Shown here: in pieces, positions 7,436 through 13,756 of the stretch
Numbering within the stretch: the first letter of the stretch is position 1
Layout of the letters: every line of letters starts with the position of its first letter
Origin: Candidatus Methylomirabilota bacterium
GTDB lineage: Bacteria; Methylomirabilota; Methylomirabilia; Rokubacteriales; CSP1-6
DNA: 13,756 bases
Reading direction: 5' to 3'
Assembly: GCA_046726415.1 (NCBI GenBank)
Contig: JBKPAK010000301.1
Span: 1-13,756 of the forward strand
Program-made: the position numbers and the translations under genes
Notes under the pieces: generated by a model
What the model was told of the DNA's origin: nothing
The model's input: only the letters and a program-made list of their open reading frames with translations
Databases searched by the model: none

Positions 7436-7800
7436 GGGAATCGGACGTTCATCGTCGAGGGCAGCCGGGGGGCGCAGATCGTCGACGAGTTGAAGCTCGA
7501 ACAGGGCGATCACTTGATCATCAAGAGGGGCTCGGCGGCTTTGCCAACACGCCCCTCGACACGATCCTCGGCAACCTCGGCGTGAACACGTGCGTGGTCG
7601 CGGGCGTCACCATCTACGTATGCGTCTCGACTATGATACGCGAGGGCGTCGAGTACAACTATCGCATGATCATCGTGAGCGATGCCGTCGCCGAGGTTCA
7701 TCGCGACACTCATGAAGCGGAACTCAAGACGATGGCGCGGATCTTTGCCGACGTGAAAACTACCGGTGAAGTGATCGCCATGCGGGGGCAGCGTCGTTAA
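7436..7800 (+). pseudogene. Isochorismatase-family cysteine hydrolase, 5'-truncated and frameshifted
   Basis: NRTFIVEGSRGAQIVDELK..GDHLIIK, frameshift at ~7528-7532, then GGFANTPLDTILGNLGVNTCVVAGVTIYVCVSTMIREG...IIVSDAVA. Confidence 0.85.
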
Positions 7801-7837
7801 CCGACGCCCCGCTCGCGGGACGGCGGAGGGAGGGATC

Positions 7838-8788
7838 ATGACGATACGACGAGGAGAGCGCGGGCGCTCGGGGTGGCTCCTGCTCGGGCTCGCGCTCCTA
7901 GCCAGCTGCGCGCAGACCCTCGCCACCTCCGGCCGGGTGTCGGTGACGGCCGAAGCGGTGTGCGCGCTGCGCGCCGCGGCCGCGAAACACCCGGACCCGA
8001 AGGTTCGCAACCCGGACTATCTGGCCGAGCGTTTCCTCGACGAGCCCTTCTGGCGAGCTTCTCCGTTCCGGGACGATCCCCAACGCGCCCGGCACAATCC
8101 CAACTACTTCTACGTCAACGCGCGGACGCACCACATGGACGCCCTGCTCGTCGAGGCCCTCTCGCAAGGCGCGACGCAGGTCGTCAATCTGGGCGCCGGG
8201 TTCGACAGCCGGGCCTATCGCTTCCGCGAGCGGTTCCCGCAGGCGCGGTTCTTCGAGCTGGATCTTCCGGCGACGATCGCGGCCAAGCGCGAGCGGGTCA
8301 TCAAGATCTTCGGCGCCGTCCCTGACCGGGTCGTCCTCGTGGCGACCGACTTCAACACGCGCCCGCTCGACCAGGTCCTGCGGGATGCCGGGTACGACCG
8401 CACGCAGCGGACCTTCTTCATCTGGGAGGGCGTCACGATGTACCTGCCGGAGGCGGCCAATCTCAGCACGCTCCGCTTCATCCGGTCGGCGTCGGCCTCA
8501 GGGAGCTCGGTGGTCTACGACTACGTGCTCGACGTCGCCCTGCGCCCGGACGGCGGTGGCGTCTACGGGGCGAAGAGCGGCGCGGCGTACGTGGCGTCGG
8601 TCGGCGAGCCGCTCGTGACGGGTTGGAGCCGGAACCAGGCGGCCGCGGTCGCCGCCCGCGAGGGACTCGTGGTCGTGTCCGACCTCGGCCCGGCCGAGCT
8701 CACCGCGCGCTACCTGACCGGCTCGGACGGTCAGCCCGACGGCATGATGGCCGAGTTCCAGCGGATCATCCACGTGCGGGTGCCGTAG
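7838..8788 (+). CDS. SAM-dependent methyltransferase, LCM (leucine carboxyl methyltransferase-like) family, with N-terminal lipoprotein-like signal
   Basis: GGAGGGAGG RBS; NPDYLA, ARTHHMD, QVVNLGAGFDSRAYR, FFELDLP, FFIWEGVTMYL; N-terminus MTIRRGERGRSGWLLLGLALLASC. Confidence 0.92.
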   Translation: MTIRRGERGRSGWLLLGLALLASCAQTLATSGRVSVTAEAVCALRAAAAKHPDPKVRNPDYLAERFLDEPFWRASPFRDDPQRARHNPNYFYVNARTHHMDALLVEALSQGATQVVNLGAGFDSRAYRFRERFPQARFFELDLPATIAAKRERVIKIFGAVPDRVVLVATDFNTRPLDQVLRDAGYDRTQRTFFIWEGVTMYLPEAANLSTLRFIRSASASGSSVVYDYVLDVALRPDGGGVYGAKSGAAYVASVGEPLVTGWSRNQAAAVAAREGLVVVSDLGPAELTARYLTGSDGQPDGMMAEFQRIIHVRVP

Positions 8789-9245
8789 CCGCGGACTTGC
8801 GGAAACTCTCTCCAGACCCCGAAAGGGTGGGCGAGTAAGGACTTTTCCTCCCGGCGGTATCCCTGAGTAATCCCTAGGTTCACCCAAGACTCTCGCTTGG
8901 TGCACACCTTTCGAGAAGGCGAGCCAAGCCCTCTCCGCTAGCAGGTAGGCCTCGTCGAACTCCAGCGTGACGTTGACAGGCATCCGTGGCAGGGAACGAT
9001 AGCACCCGCCGGTCACCAATGATAGATGTCTCGTGTTGGCTAGTTTTGAGGAGGTAAGCTGCGACCGATTCTGGGCGGCAGGGAGGGCCGATCGTGCGGA
9101 GGACGCCGGCGACTTGCCGCGTCGCCCGCGATCCTAGTTTCCTCTAGCGAAGTGGCTCGAGCTTGGCTGACCTGGGTCCGATCGAGAAGCTTGAGCCGCG
9201 CGCGCAACTGGACTTCGCCGGAATCAGGCACCGAGCGGGCACCAT

Positions 9246-9266
9246 TCCGCTGCCACTCCGCTGCCA
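9246..9266. repeat. Tandem direct repeat TCCGCTGCCA x2 (11-bp period), possible integrase arm-type sites
   Basis: Exact copies at 9246-9255 and 9257-9266, ~100 bp beyond the tRNA 3' end. Confidence 0.55.
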
Positions 9267-9361
9267 TTTCCCCGTCCGGAACGGGCCGTTTCTGGCCTTT
9301 CGCGGCTAGACCCACAACTCCTAGAAACGGCCGAGAGGTCGTGATTTCGCGGGACGTTGAG

Positions 9362-9437
9362 TGGTAGGCGGAGCAGGGATCGAACCTGCGACCTCAGCCT
9401 TGTAAGGGCTGCGCTCTCCCAGCTGAGCTATCCGCCC
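9362..9437 (-). tRNA. tRNA-Val (anticodon TAC)
   Basis: GGGCGGATAGCTCAGCTGGGAGAGCGCAGCCCTTACAAGGCTGAGGTCGCAGGTTCGATCCCTGCTCCGCCTACCA: 76 nt, full cloverleaf, GTTCGA T-loop, encoded CCA. Confidence 0.98.
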
Positions 9438-9445
9438 GTGCTTGA

Positions 9446-9474
9446 ATTCTCGCGGAGTTGTGAGCGGCCGTCAA
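9446..9474 (-). promoter_or_regulatory. Sigma70-type promoter for the tRNA, embedded in the integrase 3' end
   Basis: Minus strand TTGACG (9474-9469), 17-bp spacer, GAGAAT (9451-9446), then 8 nt to tRNA position 1. Confidence 0.6.
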
Positions 9475-9490
9475 CAACGCCGTGGGCCAG

Positions 9491-9510
9491 TGTGCCCGAG
9501 AATGTGCCCG
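9491..9510. repeat. Tandem direct repeat TGTGCCCG x2 (12-bp period), possible integrase arm-type sites
   Basis: Exact copies at 9491-9498 and 9503-9510 in the integrase tail (encoding AGTFSGT), 54 bp from the tRNA 5' end. Confidence 0.55.
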
Positions 9511-9773
9511 CCATCTTGCGCGCCGCCTCCTGGAGGTCGGCGGGGCTCACGATGTGGTAGCGGTCGAAGACCGCGCGTGTCTTGTGCCCGGACATCTTCA
9601 TGGCCACGCGCTCCGAGACGCCAGCGTTGACCATGTTCCGCACGGCGCTCCGACGGAAGTCATGGCGATGACGCCCAGCGATCCCCGCCGCCTGGCAGGC
9701 CGCATCCCAGGCCTTCCGATAGTCTCGGCGGCGTTGGCCGGGCCGCTTCGCGCCAGAGAGGTACGGGAACAGG

Positions 9774-10033
9774 TGCAGGAGAGGCGCGTCCAGTGGGTCG
9801 CGGCTTTGCCCTCCTTGATCCACTGCTCGGCCGTTCCGCGCTGGTTGTAGAAGTGGACGACGGCCCGGTTCGTCCCGGTGAGCGTGGTGACGATGAAGCT
9901 CCACCCGGGGGAAAAGTTCCCCGAGGTGATGCTCGACCTTGGCGATCACCCGCCGCGGCCGGTCCCAGGAGGCGGCCTGATACCGAAAGCTGCGGTAGCG
10001 GACCAGCGGGGCGTGGCTCGGCCGGCCGCGGGG
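9774..10033 (-). mobile_element. IS1380-family transposase internal fragment (frameshifted)
   Basis: [44 protein letters not shown], frameshift at ~9898-9901, then [41 protein letters not shown]. No IS ends visible. Confidence 0.88.
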
Positions 10034-10036
10034 CTG

Positions 10037-10320
10037 CTATCGACGCTCGGGATCAACATTCCGCTCCACGATGGCGGCGCGCTCCTTGATGAGGGCGGGT
10101 ACCTGAGCCCGCAGCTCGTCAAGCTCCTGCTGTTGCGCCGTGAGCTGGAGCTGCTGCCGCTGTAGCTCGTTCAGCAGCATGGCCGGGAGCACGTGGTAAC
10201 GCACGCCTGAGGGCTGGCCATCCTTGTCGAGCACCACCAGCTCCGGGTAGATCTCCGCCACGTCCTCGGCGATCAGGCCGTACTGGCGCATGCGCGCCCC
10301 GTCGTCGTGCTCCGCCTTGA
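10037..10320 (-). pseudogene. Peptidase S74 / intramolecular chaperone (tail-fibre-type) C-terminal remnant
   Basis: KAEHDDGARMRQYGLIAEDVAEIYPELVVLDKDGQPSGVRYHVLPAMLLNELQRQ followed by a coiled coil; lacks the upstream SD.RLK cleavage segment. Confidence 0.85.
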
Positions 10321-10335
10321 CCACTCGAGCCGTCA

Positions 10336-10502
10336 CCAGTCGAGGGTTATGTGTCGTCGACAAGCGTGCACGGGAGCCAAGCGGCTGTTCCGAGCGCGAG
10401 CGTCCTTCCCGGCGAGACTGTCTACTTTCACGTCAGTACGACCGCGCGTTTGGCGGCTACACCATTAGTATTCGTCAGCCGAACGGCACCGAGGTGACGG
10501 GC
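10336..10502 (+). pseudogene. Possible remnant resembling the N-terminal region of N,N-dimethylformamidase beta-subunit-like proteins
   Basis: PVEGYVSSTSV...SVLPGETVYFHVSTTA, shift at ~10446-10450, then FGGYTISIRQP; resembles the 'EGY...SV.PGE.I.FHVST...YTI.I.R' pattern. Recognised from memory only. Confidence 0.4.
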
Positions 10503-10559
10503 TTAAGCGGTTTCCCTGCCAGTTTCCCCGCCTCGTCTGGCCCGCTCTTTCGTGGGCGC

Positions 10560-10736
10560 AGGCCGTGCCCGGAGATCGCGGCCACGCGCATGGAGGACGT
10601 CAAAGGCGATATAGACCGGACGCGTCGTAGCTACATCCGAGCCAGGCTCACCAAGGAGATCGAAGCGCGACACCAGCCGCTCGTCGAATACCGCGACCTC
10701 GCCATCGAGTACGAGGGGCATACCCGGCAGCGCCGC
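10560..10736 (-). pseudogene. ATP-dependent DNA ligase (LigD/LigC-type adenylation domain) internal fragment
   Basis: LVLDGEVAVFD (motif III), SRFDLL, VYIAFDVLHARGRDLRARP (motif IIIa); no KxDG motif I. Confidence 0.8.
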
Positions 10737-10924
10737 GTCGCCGCGCAGTCGTCCCGGCAGCTCGGCCAGCGCGGCCACCGCGGCGCGCCACAGCGATTAC
10801 CATGCCTGCCGAGGGCACTGGCTCAGAAGGACATCGTGGCTCACCAGCTACCAGAACGTGCAGGTGCGCTGCCGGTGGGCCCTGCAGTAAACTCGATCGA
10901 GCGTGACCGGTCCAGGAGGGAGTC

Positions 10925-12544
10925 ATGGGGGACTGGTACGAGAAGCGGACCATCGGGCTCCTGCCCGAGCGCGCGGCAGAGCGGTGGGGCGCGCGCGAGG
11001 CGCTGGCCTTCCATGGAAAGTGCTGGACCTTTGCCGACGTCCACGTCGGCGTCGACGCCGCCGCGAAGGGGCTGCTCCAGCTCGGCATCGCGCAAGGCGA
11101 CAAGGTCGCCCTCTGGATGGTCAACCGCCCCGAGTGGCTCCACGCGATGTTCGCCATCATGCAGATCGGCGCCGTGCTCGTCCCGGTGAACACGCGCTTT
11201 CGCACGGACGACATGGCGTACGTCCTCGGTCAGTCGGACGCGGTCGCCGTGGTTCTCGGCGACCGCTCGGGACCGGTCGACTACCTGGGGATGATGCGCG
11301 AGGTCGCGTCCGGCCTGGGCGCTCGACCAGATGCGCGCTTCCCCGCCCTCCGTCATGTGATCGCACTGTCTGATCGAGCCCACGCTAATGCGATCGGCTG
11401 GTACCAGATGCTGGAGGACGGCCGGCGCGTGAGCGACGACGCGCTCCGCGAGCGCGCCCGCGCGGTCGATCCCGGGGACAGCGCCTTCGTCCTCTACACG
11501 TCGGGTACCACCGGCTTCCCCAAGGGCGCTGTGCACGACCATCTCATCATCAAGAACACGTCGGACATGGCGGATCGCATGGGCGTCACCGCGGACGACG
11601 TGATCCTCATGTATCTCCCGCTCTTCCACGCGTTCGGCTTCATCTGTGGCGCGCTCATGTCGATGATCAGCGGCGCGCGCCAGGTGCTGACCGAGACCTT
11701 TGACGCCAACGCGTGTGTCGATCTCATCGCCAGCGAGAAGGCCACGATGATCCACGGGTTCGACACGCACTTCAAGGATCTGCTCGAAGCCCAGGACAAG
11801 AACCCGCGCGACGTGTCGAGCGTGCGCACGGGCATCTGCGGCACCGGCATGTCGAGCGCCATTCCGATCGCGCGCCAGGCCCGCCGGACGTTCGGCAATT
11901 TCATGACCGGCTTCGGGATGAGCGAGATCGGCATCGTTACCCTGTCCGCCCTCGACTCGACCGAAGAGCAATGCGTGGAGGCCAACGGATATCCGCTCGC
12001 CGGCTGCGAGGTGCGAGTCGTCGATCCCGCGACGGGGCTGGACCAGCCGGTCTCCGTGCCGGGGGAGATCCTCGCGCGAACCTACATGGTCACGCAGGGC
12101 TACTACAGGAAGCCCGAGGAAACGGCGCGGGCGCTTGACAAGGACGGCTGGTTCCACACCGGCGACATGGGGGTCATGCGCCCCGACGGCCACCTGCGGT
12201 TCCTCGGCCGCTACAAGGACATGCTGAAGATCGGCGGGGAGAACGTCGACCCCATGGAAGTGGAGGGTTTCCTCATGAGCCATCCCGCCATCAGGATGGC
12301 CGTCGTGGTGGGGGTGCCCGATGCCCGGCTCTCCGAGGTGGCGGTGGCCTTCGTGCAGGTCGAGCCCGGCTCCACGCTGACCGAGCGCGAGGTGATCGAG
12401 CACTGCCGCGGGCGCGTGGCGAGCTTCAAGACACCCCGCCGCGTGGCTTTCGTCGACGAGTTCCCCATGACCAGCACCGGCAAGATCCAGAAGGTCAAGC
12501 TCCGCGAGCGCGCCCGGACCGAGTGGCCGGATGCGGCGCGGTGA
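10925..12544 (+). CDS. AMP-binding enzyme, acyl-CoA synthetase (fatty-acid/aryl CoA ligase family)
   Basis: 539 aa; GGAGGGAG RBS; YTSGTTGFPKG, PLFH, GFGMSE, WFHTGD, GRYKDMLKIGGEN, TGKIQK. Confidence 0.95.
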   Translation: MGDWYEKRTIGLLPERAAERWGAREALAFHGKCWTFADVHVGVDAAAKGLLQLGIAQGDKVALWMVNRPEWLHAMFAIMQIGAVLVPVNTRFRTDDMAYVLGQSDAVAVVLGDRSGPVDYLGMMREVASGLGARPDARFPALRHVIALSDRAHANAIGWYQMLEDGRRVSDDALRERARAVDPGDSAFVLYTSGTTGFPKGAVHDHLIIKNTSDMADRMGVTADDVILMYLPLFHAFGFICGALMSMISGARQVLTETFDANACVDLIASEKATMIHGFDTHFKDLLEAQDKNPRDVSSVRTGICGTGMSSAIPIARQARRTFGNFMTGFGMSEIGIVTLSALDSTEEQCVEANGYPLAGCEVRVVDPATGLDQPVSVPGEILARTYMVTQGYYRKPEETARALDKDGWFHTGDMGVMRPDGHLRFLGRYKDMLKIGGENVDPMEVEGFLMSHPAIRMAVVVGVPDARLSEVAVAFVQVEPGSTLTEREVIEHCRGRVASFKTPRRVAFVDEFPMTSTGKIQKVKLRERARTEWPDAAR

Positions 12545-12560
12545 TTGCGGGAGGTCCATC

Positions 12561-13697
12561 ATGAGTGGCTACAACGTGATCTCGGCCGATTCGCACATCG
12601 TCGAGCCTCCGGACTTGTACGAGAGCCGGATCGAGCCGAAGTTCCTCAGTCGCGCGCCCCGCATGGAACGGCATCGCACGCGGACCGGACAGGAGTACGA
12701 CGCCTGGTACCTCGACGGCGTGCGAGTCGGCACGGTCGGCTCGGTGATCCAGGCGGGCCGGCGTTTCGAGGATCCCGGGTCCATTGACTTTCTCGGCATG
12801 TGGGAGGACGTCCGGAAGGCGGCCTACGACCCGCACGCGATGCTCGAGGAGCTGGAGGCGGACGGCGTCTGGGGCGCGTGCCTGCAACCGAGCCAGGGCC
12901 TGTTCTGGTATCGCCTCCCGGACAGCGAGCTGCTCTCCGCGCTCTGCCGGGCGTACAACGGGTGGATCACGGACTTCTGCCGGGCTGTTCCGGGACGGTT
13001 CAAGGGGATCGGCATGCTGAACGTCGACGACGTCGATGACGCATGCCGAGAACTGGAGCGCTGCGCAGAGTTGGGGCTGGCGGGTGCCTTCATTCCTGTG
13101 TATCCGCTCGCGGATCGACCGTATCGCCATGCCAGCTATGACCGCCTCTGGTGGACGGCCCAGGATCTCGAGATGCCGGTGTTGCTGCACGTCGCGACGA
13201 TGCGGGGCGGAGTCCCCGGCTCCGAGTTCACGATCGATATCAACCAGCTCACTGCGGCCGGGCTTGCGAACAGCGACTATTGGATCCGCTACTCCCTGAC
13301 CGCCATGATCTTCGCCGGCGTCTTCGACCGCTATCCGCGCTTGAAGGTGGGCTCGGTCGAGCACGAGACGGCCTGGGTACCCCACTGGCTCCGACAGATG
13401 GATTTCACCTACCGGGAGCGGCCCGCCCTCGGCCGAGCGTGGAAGTCCCGGCACGCGATGCTGCCGAGCGAGTACTGGCAGCGCAACATGTTCGTGGAGT
13501 TCATGGAGGACGATTGCGGCATTCGCCTGCGCGACGTGATCGGAGTCGACAACATGCTGTGGGGAAACGACTTCCCGCATGCCGAGTCGACCTGGCCGAA
13601 GTCACGGGAATTCCTAGATCGCATCTTCGCCGGCACGCCCGACGAGGACCGGCGCAAGATCACCGCGGACAACGCGGCGAAGCTCTTTCGCTTCTAG
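12561..13697 (+). CDS. Amidohydrolase family protein (Amidohydro_2-type metal-dependent hydrolase/decarboxylase)
   Basis: GGGAGG RBS before ATG 12561; ISADSHIVEP, PVLLHV, GVFDRYPRLK, LWGNDFPHAESTWP; 16 bp after the CoA ligase, so probably co-transcribed. Confidence 0.93.
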   Translation: MSGYNVISADSHIVEPPDLYESRIEPKFLSRAPRMERHRTRTGQEYDAWYLDGVRVGTVGSVIQAGRRFEDPGSIDFLGMWEDVRKAAYDPHAMLEELEADGVWGACLQPSQGLFWYRLPDSELLSALCRAYNGWITDFCRAVPGRFKGIGMLNVDDVDDACRELERCAELGLAGAFIPVYPLADRPYRHASYDRLWWTAQDLEMPVLLHVATMRGGVPGSEFTIDINQLTAAGLANSDYWIRYSLTAMIFAGVFDRYPRLKVGSVEHETAWVPHWLRQMDFTYRERPALGRAWKSRHAMLPSEYWQRNMFVEFMEDDCGIRLRDVIGVDNMLWGNDFPHAESTWPKSREFLDRIFAGTPDEDRRKITADNAAKLFRF

Positions 13698-13756
13698 GCA
13701 CGGCGTCCAGGCCGGGCCTCGTGGAAGAAGGACCCGCGATCAGGATCTCCGTCTTT

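Larger units (their letters stand above)
9428..9776 (-). pseudogene. Tyrosine recombinase/phage integrase, C-terminal remnant
   Basis: HLFPY...[26 protein letters not shown] (HxxR), [13 protein letters not shown] (H and catalytic Y). The stop TAG lies inside the tRNA 5' end; the 5' part is replaced by IS1380 sequence. Confidence 0.9.

Noticed and set aside
6937..7800. 287-aa ORF as a full isochorismatase
   Set aside because: Only the last ~90 codons are isochorismatase; the rest is antisense or out-of-frame sequence.
9428..9949. 173-aa ORF as an intact integrase
   Set aside because: It is a chimera: IS1380-derived sequence (partly out of frame) joined to only the last ~115 codons of an integrase, lacking the first catalytic Arg region and the N-terminal domains.
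10290..11189. 299-aa plus-strand ORF
   Set aside because: It crosses several unrelated remnants and overlaps the CoA ligase out of frame, with low-complexity Arg/Ser/Pro composition.
10841..12562. 573-aa minus-strand ORF
   Set aside because: Antisense shadow of the acyl-CoA synthetase in high-GC DNA; no recognisable motifs.
12495..13580. 361-aa minus-strand ORF
   Set aside because: Antisense shadow of the amidohydrolase.
1..13756. CRISPR array, rRNA, or selenocysteine recoding in the redox genes
   Set aside because: No regularly spaced repeats or rRNA-like sequence seen; the TlpA and Prx active sites use ordinary Cys codons.

Overview
GC-rich bacterial DNA. The gene content (Amidohydro_2, LivF, acyl-CoA synthetase, a tRNA-linked tyrosine integrase) is reminiscent of Rokubacteria/Methylomirabilota, but this is an unverified impression. 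Eight genes look intact: an atypical SDR/epimerase, a cupin, a Tat-exported transglutaminase-like protein followed by a TlpA and a Prx5 peroxiredoxin, an LCM-type SAM methyltransferase with a lipobox, an acyl-CoA synthetase and an amidohydrolase. They are interleaved with about 11 gene remnants (alpha/beta hydrolase, nitroreductase, phage terminase, LivF, a surface-protein C-terminal domain, isochorismatase, tyrosine integrase, IS1380 transposase, S74 chaperone domain, a DMFase-like N-terminus, ATP-dependent ligase). A tRNA-Val(TAC) lies at 9362-9437 on the minus strand. The most notable structures are: (i) the integrase ORF ends inside the 5' end of the tRNA and carries a TTGACG-N17-GAGAAT promoter pointing into it, with different arm-site-like tandem repeats on each side of the tRNA; (ii) a solitary integron attC-like site at 1108-1205 between two co-oriented genes; (iii) a 93-bp head-to-head inverted duplication at the window start that creates a second, divergent copy of the epimerase 5' end; (iv) an unannotated CCHC zinc-knuckle microprotein after the terminase remnant.
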